The notes beneath the pieces were generated by a model, which worked only from the letters and a program-made list of their open reading frames with translations, was not told where the DNA came from and did no database searches. A stretch of 64,000 bases of DNA from Bacteroidota bacterium. Lineage in GTDB: Bacteria > Bacteroidota > Bacteroidia > CAILMK01. The stretch spans positions 20,628 to 84,627 of the forward strand of contig JABDBQ010000006.1 of the NCBI GenBank assembly GCA_013288555.1, in the 5' to 3' direction. Positions 39,216 to 49,089 of the stretch are shown here, piece by piece (position 1 is the stretch's first letter; each line of letters opens with the position of its first letter). The position numbers were made by a program, and so were the translations under genes.

Positions 39216-40298
39216 TTACCCCAAATATTCCCCTATCTGGTTTTCAGTTATTATCAATGGATCTGCTTTATAGTTTTTATACCAGTTGAGTGTCATTTCA
39301 AGCGCTTTTTCTGAATTCCAGCGCGGTTTCCATCCCAACTCTTTCATGGCTTTGCCAATATCCAGTCGCAATAACCCTGCTTCATGAGGTGCATTCTTGT
39401 CAACCAGCTCTTTATAAGAACCGCTGACCCATATTTTCAGGCTTTTTTCCACGAGTTCTTTCACGCGGAGATTGTCTGCTTCCATAGGTCCGAAATTAAA
39501 TGCCGTTGCAAATTTTTCCGGTGATTGATGCATCATTGCTCCCAACAATAAATATCCGCAAACAGGCTCCAGCACATGCTGCCATGGACGAACAGATTCG
39601 GGGTTGCGAACGATCAGGGTTTCATCATTTGAAAATGCACGTACAAGATCAGGGATGATGCGATCTATGGCCCAATCTCCCCCGCCGATCACATTACCTG
39701 CACGGGCTGAAGCTATTGCCTTTTTATGTGTGGCGTAATGATCCGGCTTAAAAAATGATTTCCTGTATGATGCCGTAACTATTTCTGCTGCGGCTTTGCT
39801 TGAAGAATAGGGATCAAATCCGCCCAGGGGCTCATCTTCTTTATAAGCATCCCAGGTTTCCCGGTTTTCATATACTTTGTCCGTCGTAACCACTACCACA
39901 CTGCATTGCTTATTGAGTTTTCGAACGGCTTCAAGGAGATAAGTGGTTCCTAACACATTGGTTTCAAAAGTTTCAACCGGTTTGTCGTAAGAGACCCTGA
40001 CCAGAGATTGGGCAGCCATGTGAAAAATGAAATCAGGCTGAAAATGATGGATTTCTTCTTCAAGTTTTTCCTTGTGCCTGATGTCTGCCAGAATTGATGC
40101 ACAAAGCTTATCGCCATCAATTAATTCATATAGATTCGGACTGCCTTCCGGTGCCAGGGCATAGCCTTTTACTTCAGCGCCAAGGGTTTTAAGGACTGCC
40201 AGCATCCATGATCCTTTGAAACCCGTATGCCCGGTTACAAATACTTTTTTGCCTTTATAATTATCTAAAAGCCTTTGCTTTATTTCCATAATTTCCAT
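39216..40298 (-). CDS. rfbG: CDP-glucose 4,6-dehydratase
   Basis: 'KKVFVTGHTGFKGSW', 'YSSSKAAAE' (SYK) and 'ARAGNVIGGGDW'. The start could be 40289 or 40298. Confidence 0.88.
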   Translation of the reverse strand: MEIMEIKQRLLDNYKGKKVFVTGHTGFKGSWMLAVLKTLGAEVKGYALAPEGSPNLYELIDGDKLCASILADIRHKEKLEEEIHHFQPDFIFHMAAQSLVRVSYDKPVETFETNVLGTTYLLEAVRKLNKQCSVVVVTTDKVYENRETWDAYKEDEPLGGFDPYSSSKAAAEIVTASYRKSFFKPDHYATHKKAIASARAGNVIGGGDWAIDRIIPDLVRAFSNDETLIVRNPESVRPWQHVLEPVCGYLLLGAMMHQSPEKFATAFNFGPMEADNLRVKELVEKSLKIWVSGSYKELVDKNAPHEAGLLRLDIGKAMKELGWKPRWNSEKALEMTLNWYKNYKADPLIITENQIGEYLG

Positions 40299-41056
40299 TC
40301 GGGGTTTTGGTCCCACATCGTGTTCAGGTCAATGCTGTCACGAAGTGTATCCATGCATTTCCAGAATCCGGTATGCCTGTATGCTGTAAGTTGAGCGTCT
40401 TTGGCCAGATCGTCAAGCGGTTGGCGTTCCCACATGATATCATCCGCATCGTCTTTCAGGTATTTGAAAACTTCCGGTTTTAGTACAAAAAATCCACCAT
40501 TGATCCAGGCGCCGTCATCCGAAGGTTTTTCTTTGAATGCCGTAACGTCGTCATTGGCATCCAGTTCCATGATACCAAACCTGCTGCCGGGTTGGATGGC
40601 CGTCATGGTGGCTATTTTATTTTTTTGCTTGTGATATTCCACAAGTTTATTGATATCAATACTGGCAACACCATCACCATAGGTGAGCATGAAGTCTTCC
40701 TGGTCAACATACTGTTGTACCCGTTTCAACCTACCGGCAGTCATGGTTTCCAGTCCGGTTTCTACAAGCGTTACTTTGAAATTTTCGGATTTGGTATCAT
40801 GAACAGTTACCTTATTGTCATGCAGGTCAATACTGAGATCCGAATTGTGAAGGAAATAATTCATAAAATATTCCTTGATCACATAGCCTTTATAGCCCAG
40901 GCATATGATAAATTCATTATGCCCGAAAGCAGAATATATCTTCATGATATGCCAGAGAATAGGCTTTCCGCCAATCTCGACCATAGGTTTGGGTTTCAGA
41001 TGCGATTCTTCGGAAATACGGGTTCCTTTACCCCCGGCAAATATTACGACTTTCAT
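40280..41056 (-). CDS. rfbF: Glucose-1-phosphate cytidylyltransferase
   Basis: 'MKVVIFAGGKGTRISEES', 'KPMVEIGGKPILWHIM', 'INGGFFVL' and 'FWKCMDTLRD'. Confidence 0.92.
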   Translation of the reverse strand: MKVVIFAGGKGTRISEESHLKPKPMVEIGGKPILWHIMKIYSAFGHNEFIICLGYKGYVIKEYFMNYFLHNSDLSIDLHDNKVTVHDTKSENFKVTLVETGLETMTAGRLKRVQQYVDQEDFMLTYGDGVASIDINKLVEYHKQKNKIATMTAIQPGSRFGIMELDANDDVTAFKEKPSDDGAWINGGFFVLKPEVFKYLKDDADDIMWERQPLDDLAKDAQLTAYRHTGFWKCMDTLRDSIDLNTMWDQNPEWKLWK

Positions 41057-41287
41057 GGCTGCAAGTTAGGAAAATTGGTGAGAAGTGAGAAGACAATTTG
41101 GGAATGAGACAATTTGGGAATTTGATGATTTGAAAATGGACAGAAAATATTGAAATACGGGAATCCCCCTTGTAAGGGGGCAGGGGGATTTGGTCGCAAT
41201 CAAATATCATTTCTTGCTTATAAACATAATGGTAAGCGTTGGTTCATTGGAATTCAGATTTGACAACTTTCCAAAAGTTGTCAAATC

Positions 41288-41875
41288 TCAAAAGATTGGA
41301 AAAACGTTTTTTAATTCCACCCATTCTTCATTGAGAATACTATAAAACACCGTATTTCTTCTATATCCATCACTCATAAGGGTATGGCTCCGTAAAATTC
41401 CTTCAAATTTTGCGCCTATGCCTTCAATAGCTTTCCTTGATGCAGTATTTCTTTCATCGGTTTTGAATTCGACGCGCATAACTCCAAGTTCTTCAAAGCA
41501 ATAACTAAGTAGCAGGAATTTACAATTACGGTTGAGGCCGGTTTTCTGAAATTCTTTACCAATCCAGGTGGATCCGATCTCGAGCCGACTGTCGGTTTCC
41601 GATATGTTTAAAAAACTGGTACTGCCTGTCCATTTGTTTTGAATCTTATCGAAAATGATAAATGGGTATCGGGTTCTGGACTTTTTTTCAGCCAGCATGA
41701 TTTCAATATTTTCCTTTAGTAATACTTTTGTATATATCTGCCTGGGAGAATATTGGAGCAGGGTTTTGTCATCTGTAGCAATGGGCAAAAGGTAGTCTGC
41801 ATCATCCAGCGTCAATGGCCTTAGTAGTACTTTTTCGTTTTCGAGGATGATTTCCTGTTCGAAAGGGAATTTCAT
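41288..41875 (-). CDS. GNAT family N-acetyltransferase (RimJ/RimL-like)
   Basis: 'LLRPLTLDDADYL' and 'RVEFKTDERNTASRKAIEGIGAKFEGILRSH'. Confidence 0.75.
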   Translation of the reverse strand: MKFPFEQEIILENEKVLLRPLTLDDADYLLPIATDDKTLLQYSPRQIYTKVLLKENIEIMLAEKKSRTRYPFIIFDKIQNKWTGSTSFLNISETDSRLEIGSTWIGKEFQKTGLNRNCKFLLLSYCFEELGVMRVEFKTDERNTASRKAIEGIGAKFEGILRSHTLMSDGYRRNTVFYSILNEEWVELKNVFPIF

Positions 41876-41923
41876 GGAAGGCAATTTTTTGGCAAAAATA
41901 GGGAGATTCATAAACTATTGATC

Positions 41924-42020
41924 GTTCAACCCTTTCAGGGTTGCAATCAAAACAAGGTATCATATCTCCATGGGTTGCACCCGTGGTTATTATTGTTCAA
42001 CCCCTTCTGGGTTGTGAGGG
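41924..42020. repeat. Family E repeat
   Basis: gttcaaccctttcagggttg...gggttgcacccgtggttattattgttcaaccccttctgggttgtg. Matches 30168..30260. Confidence 0.8.
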
Positions 42021-42086
42021 CGAAATTGAGTAGTAGCTGAAAATAACCCGACTTACAACTCCTAACCCCTGTTTCCTGACTCCTGA

Positions 42087-43319
42087 TTAAAAGACTTCCC
42101 CTAAATTCAGATAAAAGGCTCTCGTTCCATTAAGACCGATACCGTAGTCAATACAGGCATTGGTGTTGGAGAATTTATTGACTTTGAAACGCAAACCGGC
42201 TCCAAAGCCTGGATATACGGCATCAAAAGTATTGCCAGGGTAGTTGGACACACTCTGGGCATTTGCAAATACAACGCCACCCATGAATCCATTATTTGTG
42301 ATTTGAAAACGGTATTCGCTTTCTAAATACAGCATGGATGGGCCTTTGAACCGGTCCTGAACATAACCCCTTGCACTGTTGGCATAGGTTTCCCAGGCTG
42401 TAGCAGGCAGGTCTAAATATGGGGCATGCCCAAAAGTAAACCAGTTGAAGTTCCACAAAGCCAGGACATTATGTGAGTTTCCGGGGAGTTTTATGTATTT
42501 TCTGAATTCAAGGTATGCCGATTGCCAGTTTGCATCGCTTCCCAGGTATGTTAGATTCGGCCTGAGGCTCAAATACCCATACCAGCCACCCTGGGGGTTA
42601 TTGCTGTTTCTTCGGGTGTCATATAGTACATTAAATGATACTCCGGACGACACGGAGGTAGTGGTAAGCCCGTATTTTTCGAAATCGGTTATTTCTCCCT
42701 GCTTGACACTCGTTTCTTTGATATCATAATGGTAATCAAGATTGTAGCCAAGGCCTATTAAGAGGTCAGGATAAATTTCTTTGGCTACTTCCTGGTAAAA
42801 GCGGATATATTTATAGTCAATCGGGTCAGCATCTGCCAGGGTGGTATGGCCTCCAAGTCCGTAAGTAACAGAAGGATAAACATAATACCTGTAATCGCCC
42901 AGGAAATCAAATTCGTTGCTTTTCGACCATATATTTGTAATGACGGGGATAACAATCTGGTGCAGGAGCGAAAAATTGGTACTCGCATATATGGTGGATA
43001 TATTTGAATTGTTCTTGTCGTCAAGATAAAAGGACAGGTTTGCTGTTGCTACTGCAGTAAAAGAGGTTTGCACCGTATATCCAATGGCAGGAATAAATGA
43101 AATATATACCTTGTCTTTTTTGATTTTGCTGCTGTCGAAAGTAGACTTAGAAGGTTTCCCTGCAATTTGTCTGTATAAATCAGTTACATCATATTGAGAA
43201 ACAATTTTCGACATAGAATCCAGGCTATTCCCTTTTCTTACGGGGGGATAGTGCTGCGCAAATAATTTAACTGTAGTTAATAGAAATAATAACGCAATCC
43301 AGAAGATTCCTGCTTTCAT
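42087..43319 (-). CDS. Omp85/BamA-family outer-membrane beta-barrel protein (no POTRA recognised)
   Basis: Signal peptide from the internal ATG. C-terminal 'GFGAGLRF...DYGIGLNG...YLNLGEVF' is typical of the bacterial surface antigen barrel. Confidence 0.6.
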   Translation of the reverse strand: MKAGIFWIALLFLLTTVKLFAQHYPPVRKGNSLDSMSKIVSQYDVTDLYRQIAGKPSKSTFDSSKIKKDKVYISFIPAIGYTVQTSFTAVATANLSFYLDDKNNSNISTIYASTNFSLLHQIVIPVITNIWSKSNEFDFLGDYRYYVYPSVTYGLGGHTTLADADPIDYKYIRFYQEVAKEIYPDLLIGLGYNLDYHYDIKETSVKQGEITDFEKYGLTTTSVSSGVSFNVLYDTRRNSNNPQGGWYGYLSLRPNLTYLGSDANWQSAYLEFRKYIKLPGNSHNVLALWNFNWFTFGHAPYLDLPATAWETYANSARGYVQDRFKGPSMLYLESEYRFQITNNGFMGGVVFANAQSVSNYPGNTFDAVYPGFGAGLRFKVNKFSNTNACIDYGIGLNGTRAFYLNLGEVF

Positions 43320-43576
43320 CACAACTCTATGCGTCAACTTGTATGCCAATTGAATAAAGGGTTAGCGAGTAAATGAAAAAAGAAGGCATAATGTTCAGGC
43401 TTTTCTGATTTCTCAATTTTTCTTGAATTGGTATTTGATGTTTGAGGATCGTAAAAACAGCTGCCGGATATCAATTGGCAACTGTTTATTGGACAAAAAA
43501 ATGGGATAAAAGTTTAAACATTAAAAAGTTAATGTTTCGTTAATGTTTTCTGAATACAGATATTGAATGCCAATGA

Positions 43577-44566
43577 TTAGTGACGGACCCGGGCAGGCTT
43601 CAGAATTTCCGGATTTGTGACATAAATGACGCAGTATGGTTTTGTTTTGTCAGTTTCCCTGATGGTGTAAAACACATTGCCGCTCATAATATAGTTATTG
43701 GCGGTATTGAAAGACTCGTTAACTTCCAGTGGGCCACCCGTTTTCGGCGGACTGATTTTAAGCTTTATGCGCTCTTCCACCAGATTATAGTTATCAAGAA
43801 CAGTATTAAAATAATCTTTTTCTTTATTGAAATCTTTCACAATGTTAAAATCAATTTCAGGCACCAATACGCTCTCGTCTTTGCTTAGCAGGTATTTGTT
43901 TTCCCGGTTTTCTGTGAATTCTTTTGCTTTAGTCGATGCCTCAGCCCAGATGTGGCACAAGGGATTGTAATACATCAAAACCTCATCTTTGCCATCATTT
44001 ATTTTTACTTTCAACGCATATTCCTGGCTTTTTTCGTTTTTATAAAAAGTTACCTTGCCGGTATCTGAAGCCGTATGCGGGTGATATTGCAATGCCCTGA
44101 TTTTTTTGCCTTTAAAATCAATGGATTTTTCAGAAACCCTGAATCCGTCGGGTAGGCGCACATTTTCAAAGAAATATGATAAAAGCAACTTATCATTGTC
44201 TTTCAGATTTTTAAAATCAATAGGAGGGTGGTTGATAAATTTTGTAACGAGGCCTTCGTAAAATTTTTCAATATGTGCTTTGGAATAGGTTCCGTTAAAA
44301 GAGACAAAATCAGTATCCGGCACATCTGAAAGATAAGTAGCACTGTCTTTTATGGCTGTAGGTATTACCTGTGAGATACCTTCTGAATAAACCATGTTTT
44401 TGTCAGCGTCTTTTAAAGGGGCTATTCCTATTATAGTATTTGGCAGATCTTTGGCTTCGGCAACCACACTTTCGTCAAGTTTGCTTGAAACCTTGTAATA
44501 ATAAACGGAATAGATGGTCATAAAAGAGACCCAGAACGCCGCAAAAAAGATGAACATTTTTCTCAT
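43577..44566 (-). CDS. Hypothetical membrane-anchored protein
   Basis: One N-terminal TM helix. A 4-nt overlap with the upstream gldE-like gene suggests co-transcription. Confidence 0.5.
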   Translation of the reverse strand: MRKMFIFFAAFWVSFMTIYSVYYYKVSSKLDESVVAEAKDLPNTIIGIAPLKDADKNMVYSEGISQVIPTAIKDSATYLSDVPDTDFVSFNGTYSKAHIEKFYEGLVTKFINHPPIDFKNLKDNDKLLLSYFFENVRLPDGFRVSEKSIDFKGKKIRALQYHPHTASDTGKVTFYKNEKSQEYALKVKINDGKDEVLMYYNPLCHIWAEASTKAKEFTENRENKYLLSKDESVLVPEIDFNIVKDFNKEKDYFNTVLDNYNLVEERIKLKISPPKTGGPLEVNESFNTANNYIMSGNVFYTIRETDKTKPYCVIYVTNPEILKPARVRH

Positions 44567-45891
44567 TCCTGTGGCTTTTTAGTCACTTTCACTCTTCTTA
44601 CACGTCTACGGTCAGATAATTCAACCGTGAATATAAAGTCTTCGAATTCAATTTTTTCCTTCGGTCGCGGTATGCGCCCTGAAAGTTCTACCACAAGTCC
44701 GCCAATGCTTTCTGCTTCACCTCTTATGGCTTCAAAACTTTCATCGCCTATATCCATAACTCTTACAACATCAGTGAGAGCCGTTTTTCCGTCAAAAATA
44801 TAGTTGTCGTCGTCAATTTTGCTGTAAAAAACTTCGTCTTCATCAAATTCATCATTGATATCCCCTACAATTTCTTCCAGGATATCTTCCATGGTTACAA
44901 TACCGGCTGTTCCGCCATATTCATCTACCACAATAGCCATGTGCACTTTTTTCTGCTTGAATTCCTGCAGAAGCAGGTCGATTTTTTTCATTTCAGGCAC
45001 AAAATAAGGCTCCTTTATGAGTGGTTTCCAGTCGAAACCAGTACCTTCATTCAGATGGGCCAGCAGATCTTTAATATATAATATCCCTTCAATCCGGTCG
45101 AAACTTCCATTATAAACCGGTACCCGCGAATATTGATTGCGGTTGATAAAGTTAATCAACTGGTCAAAAGGTGTATTGATATCATGCGCCTTGACATCCA
45201 TCCGGGAAGTCATGATCTGTTTCACGTAGGTGTTGCCAAAAGAAATGATTCCTTTGAGGATTTTCTTTTCTTCCTGGGAAGTTTCCTCCTCTGATGTCAT
45301 TTCGATGGCACTTTTCAAATCACTGATCGATACATTATGAACTTTCTGTATGTTTCTTTCAAACAGGTTGGTTGTCCGCGCCAATACAATGGAAAATGGA
45401 TATAAAATTCTTGAAAGAATTAATAATGGATAAGCCATAAAATTGGCGAAGGCAATATTATTATGTGCCGCATAAACTTTTGGGACTACTTCGCCGATCA
45501 AAACGATAATGAAAGTGAGGAGAATGACGTTGATAAAAAGTTCAAGCAATGCATTGCCGGCAAAATTTATATTTGACAATAGGGTAGCTCCGATAACGGC
45601 AAAGAGAATGTTAAATACCGTATTCGCTATCAGAATGGTTGCAAGAAGCAATTTTGGCCTTTGGTAGAGATATAGAACCGGTGAGCTTGAAGTTTTATGT
45701 TTTTCAGTTATTTCTTTTATGTCTGAAATTTTCAATGAAAAAAACGCCGATTCGGATCCTGAAAGCATGGCCGAAAAAACCACAAGCAATAAGCAAAAGC
45801 CTATTTCAAGGCCATGAAAAACCGTGAAACTATTAAGATAAATAAGAAAATTTGATGATATACTTATCGAATCACCACTTATGATATCCAA
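44563..45891 (-). CDS. gldE: DUF21-CBS-CorC_HlyC (CNNM/hemolysin-type) membrane protein, GldE-like
   Basis: Four N-terminal TM helices, a CBS pair and a CorC C-terminal domain. It sits downstream of mutY-ssb, as gldE does in flavobacteria. Confidence 0.65.
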   Translation of the reverse strand: MDIISGDSISISSNFLIYLNSFTVFHGLEIGFCLLLVVFSAMLSGSESAFFSLKISDIKEITEKHKTSSSPVLYLYQRPKLLLATILIANTVFNILFAVIGATLLSNINFAGNALLELFINVILLTFIIVLIGEVVPKVYAAHNNIAFANFMAYPLLILSRILYPFSIVLARTTNLFERNIQKVHNVSISDLKSAIEMTSEEETSQEEKKILKGIISFGNTYVKQIMTSRMDVKAHDINTPFDQLINFINRNQYSRVPVYNGSFDRIEGILYIKDLLAHLNEGTGFDWKPLIKEPYFVPEMKKIDLLLQEFKQKKVHMAIVVDEYGGTAGIVTMEDILEEIVGDINDEFDEDEVFYSKIDDDNYIFDGKTALTDVVRVMDIGDESFEAIRGEAESIGGLVVELSGRIPRPKEKIEFEDFIFTVELSDRRRVRRVKVTKKPQE

Positions 45892-45921
45892 AATATAAAT
45901 TATTGGTTAAAAAAATCAGCC

Positions 45922-46374
45922 TTAAAACGGTAGGTCATCATCAATAGGTATTTGATCGGGTGTCGGAGCCTGTTCTGTAGCTTCAACAGCCTGGTGGTGT
46001 TCTGTATTTCTGGAATTGTTTCCATCGGGTCCGGTATCGCCTTCTTTTTTACCAAGAAGAATAAAATTATCAGCAATAACTTCCGTTGTATATCTCTTGT
46101 TGCCGTCTTTATCATCCCAGTTGCGGGTTCTTATTTTACCTTCTATATATACCTGTTTTCCTTTTTTAAGGTATTTTTCGGCCAGCTCAGCCAGGTTTCT
46201 CCAGGCAACAATGTTATGCCATTCGGTAATTTCCTGCCTGTTACCGTTTTTATCTTTGTAATATTCTGTGGTTGCCAGGGAAAAACTGGCCACAGGCACA
46301 CTTCCATTTGTATATCTAATTTCAGGGTCTTTGCCCAAATTGCCTACCAGTATGACTTTGTTTACGCTTGCCAT
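45922..46374 (-). CDS. ssb: Single-stranded DNA-binding protein
   Basis: 'MASVNKVILVGNLGKDPE...TEWHNIVAW' OB fold and the acidic tail 'DDDLPF'. Confidence 0.95.
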   Translation of the reverse strand: MASVNKVILVGNLGKDPEIRYTNGSVPVASFSLATTEYYKDKNGNRQEITEWHNIVAWRNLAELAEKYLKKGKQVYIEGKIRTRNWDDKDGNKRYTTEVIADNFILLGKKEGDTGPDGNNSRNTEHHQAVEATEQAPTPDQIPIDDDLPF

Positions 46375-46393
46375 AGTTGTTTTTTTTAATTAG

Positions 46394-47458
46394 TTAAGAA
46401 ATTGAATCAGGTTTGCAAAGATAATCGTTTAAAAACAATTCCAAAGGTCTGGGCAATGGATATTGTTTCAGCCCTTTATTATCGGTTAAGATTTGCCCGT
46501 TATCCCGAATCGGGGTAGCCATATCTGCCTCATAGAAAACGATTTCGAGGTGCTGATGGGTAAGTTTGTGCATTGTTTTTTGTATCGGTTTCAGGAACGT
46601 TATTTTTGTATCAAGAATCTCATTAATCTGATTAATTGTGAGAAAATCGACTTCATTTGTTTCTATAAGAGGTAATTCAAACAATCCCTGCCAGATATCA
46701 CCGGCCAGTCTTTGCCGAATATAAAATTTGCCAGATTTTTTAATCATCAGGTAATGAAAGTACCGGGTTTTCACGGACCTCGAAGCCAGTTTACGAGGCA
46801 AAATATTTTGGGATCCGCTCTTATATGCCTTGCAATAAGATAATACCGGACAATTCGGGCAATCCGGGTTTTTGGGAAGGCAAACGGTGGCCCCGAGTTC
46901 CATCATGGCTTCATTGAATACGCCGGGATTCTTTTTGTCCAGCAATGCGTCCGCCTGTTTTTGAAACACGAGCCTTGCCTGAGGGGCATTGATAGGAATT
47001 TCTATTGCATAAAGCCTGGCGAGAACACGATATACATTACCATCCAGCACTGCATGCGGTTTGTTGTACGCAATGGAAACAATGGCGGCAGCTGTATAAG
47101 GCCCTATTCCTTTTAGTTTAATGACTTCATTATACTCACAAGGGAAAACACCTTTGTATTCAAAAACAATTTGTTGAGCAGCTTTGAGCAGGTTACGGCC
47201 CCGTGAATAATAACCCAACCCTTGCCAGAGTTTCAATACTTCCTGCTCATCGGCACTGGCAAGATCGGTCACCAAAGGGTATTTTTCAACAAATTTCAGG
47301 TAGTATGGCGTCCCCTGTGCTACCCTTGTTTGTTGCATTATGATCTCAGAAAGCCATATCTTATATGGGTCCTTACTGCCACGCCAGGGCAGAACTCGTT
47401 GATTTTCTTGATACCAGCGAAACAATTTCGCTTTTATTCCGTTATTATCCTGAGACAC
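46394..47458 (-). CDS. mutY: A/G-specific adenine DNA glycosylase
   Basis: 'LPWR...PYKIWLSEIMQQT', HhH 'LKGIGPYTAAAI', the 4Fe-4S Cys cluster 'C-x6-C-x2-C-x5-C' and a NUDIX-like C-terminal domain. Confidence 0.93.
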   Translation of the reverse strand: MSQDNNGIKAKLFRWYQENQRVLPWRGSKDPYKIWLSEIIMQQTRVAQGTPYYLKFVEKYPLVTDLASADEQEVLKLWQGLGYYSRGRNLLKAAQQIVFEYKGVFPCEYNEVIKLKGIGPYTAAAIVSIAYNKPHAVLDGNVYRVLARLYAIEIPINAPQARLVFQKQADALLDKKNPGVFNEAMMELGATVCLPKNPDCPNCPVLSYCKAYKSGSQNILPRKLASRSVKTRYFHYLMIKKSGKFYIRQRLAGDIWQGLFELPLIETNEVDFLTINQINEILDTKITFLKPIQKTMHKLTHQHLEIVFYEADMATPIRDNGQILTDNKGLKQYPLPRPLELFLNDYLCKPDSIS

Positions 47459-47574
47459 AATTTTTTTTTATTTAAAAATGCAGAGGCTCTTTGAATTATA
47501 AATTTTTTATACCTTTGCGCACTGATTTTTCAGTTTGACAACAAATTTTTTTAACCAAATAAATACCAAAGATA

Positions 47575-47892
47575 GTGACAAAAGCAGACGTCGTATCAGA
47601 AATTGCAGGTAAGACCGGTATTGAAAAGGTCGCTGTATCAGAAGTGGTAGAGAGTTTCTTTACCGTACTTAAAGACAATATGTCTAAAGGTAACAACGTG
47701 TATTTCCGTGGTTTCGGGAGTTTTATCCTGAAAAACAGGGCACGTAAAGTAGCACGGAACATTGCAAAGAACACTTCAATTGTTATTGAACCTCATGCAG
47801 TTCCGGCATTCAAACCCGCTAAAACCTTCGTTGATGACGTGAAGAAGAAAGTGAAATCTTCCGGCAAAAAAGGCAAAGGGAAGAAAAAATAA
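47575..47892 (+). CDS. hup: HU-family DNA-binding protein with a Lys-rich tail
   Basis: GTG start. 'KADVVSEIA...GFGSF...RARKVARNI' and a C-terminal KKKVKSSGKKGKGKKK. Confidence 0.88.
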   Translation: MTKADVVSEIAGKTGIEKVAVSEVVESFFTVLKDNMSKGNNVYFRGFGSFILKNRARKVARNIAKNTSIVIEPHAVPAFKPAKTFVDDVKKKVKSSGKKGKGKKK

Positions 47893-47919
47893 CCAACCAC
47901 AAGGTTAGTTAACTTTTCA

Positions 47920-48804
47920 ATGCAAATGCAATCCCGCCGCGCCATACAAGTCGGACTCGTCATTGTTATTGCTGGTGTGATTGCATTTGTTTTTATTATT
48001 GGCAAGAATAATTCTTCTGCCGTTTATGCACCTTCCTCGGCAAAACCGAAAGTTGCAACAGCGCCCGCGGGAGGATTTGATTTTGTGACGTACGAGAAAG
48101 ACGTTATTGCAAAATTGCCAAAGAAAGACCAGGACGAGTTAATGATCATGCTCGGGAGGCTCAAAGGGCGTGGCGCCATGAACGAAAACCTTTTGGTGAT
48201 CGCTCAGAAATATGAAAAAATGGGCCAGCCTGCACTTGCGGGTTATTATTATAACAAACTGGCAGGTTTGGAACCGGATAACGAAAATGTCTGGTTCGGG
48301 GCCGGGAAAAATTATTTTGACGCAGAGCAGAACGTGGACAATCAGGACAAATTAAATTATTTTGTCGATTTGTCTTACACCGCTCTTGCAAAGGTTATTG
48401 AAATGGATCCGAACAATAACCTGGAAGCCATGACAGACCAGGGCGTCAACATACTTGAAAAAAGTATGAACCATACCCTGGATGGTCCGCCGATGCAGGG
48501 CATCGGATTGTTGATGAAGGTGATGCAGAAAGATTCAAACAACCGCAAGGCGCTCAACTATCTTGGCCTGTTCTCTATGCAGAGCGGCCAGTTTGATAAA
48601 GCGATTATGCGGTTTAAGCATCTTACGGAAATGGGTCCCGACCATGACCCCAACTACCCGTACTATTACAGGTACCTGGCTCAGGCCTACCTGGAAACCG
48701 GGAAAAAGCAAGAAGCAGTAGCTTCTCTTGAAAAATATAAAGGCCTTGTAAAAGAACAAAGCCTGAAGATGGAAGCAGATTCCATTATTCATTCGGTACA
48801 GTAA
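47920..48804 (+). CDS. Membrane-anchored TPR-repeat protein
   Basis: N-terminal TM helix followed by TPR-like 34-aa repeats ('ALAGYYYNKLAGLEPDN', 'ALNYLGLFSMQSGQFDKA'). Confidence 0.65.
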   Translation: MQMQSRRAIQVGLVIVIAGVIAFVFIIGKNNSSAVYAPSSAKPKVATAPAGGFDFVTYEKDVIAKLPKKDQDELMIMLGRLKGRGAMNENLLVIAQKYEKMGQPALAGYYYNKLAGLEPDNENVWFGAGKNYFDAEQNVDNQDKLNYFVDLSYTALAKVIEMDPNNNLEAMTDQGVNILEKSMNHTLDGPPMQGIGLLMKVMQKDSNNRKALNYLGLFSMQSGQFDKAIMRFKHLTEMGPDHDPNYPYYYRYLAQAYLETGKKQEAVASLEKYKGLVKEQSLKMEADSIIHSVQ

Positions 48805-48835
48805 ATTATTCACTTAAATATAAAAGGTTAAATAT

Positions 48836-48925
48836 ATGCCTTGCGGTAAAAAAAGAAAACGACACAAGATAGCTACTCACAAGAGAAAGAAAAGACTGAG
48901 GAAGAACAGGCACAAGAAGAAGTAA
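48836..48925 (+). CDS. 29-aa highly basic micro-protein (bS22 / AURKAIP1-COX24-like)
   Basis: Not in the ORF track. ATG...TAA encodes MPCGKKRKRHKIATHKRKKRLRKNRHKKK, which resembles the tiny ribosomal protein bS22 family. Confidence 0.55.
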   Translation: MPCGKKRKRHKIATHKRKKRLRKNRHKKK

Positions 48926-49089
48926 TTCTTCGAAGGGACTGATAAAAACCTGCCACTTGCCCTTCTCCTTTAGGAGATGGATTAAGGATGAGGCGATTAA
49001 AGAAGTTTTTAAAAGTCCCTGTACTGCAATTGCGGTGAAATGAAGAACTCTGCCAGGAGCATATTTTTTTCACTTTTGATTATCTTTCC

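Noticed and set aside
43577-44566. Annotating the gene downstream of gldE as gldD
   Set aside because: It has no lipoprotein signal, is roughly double the expected size, and shows no motif I can tie to GldD. Position alone is insufficient.
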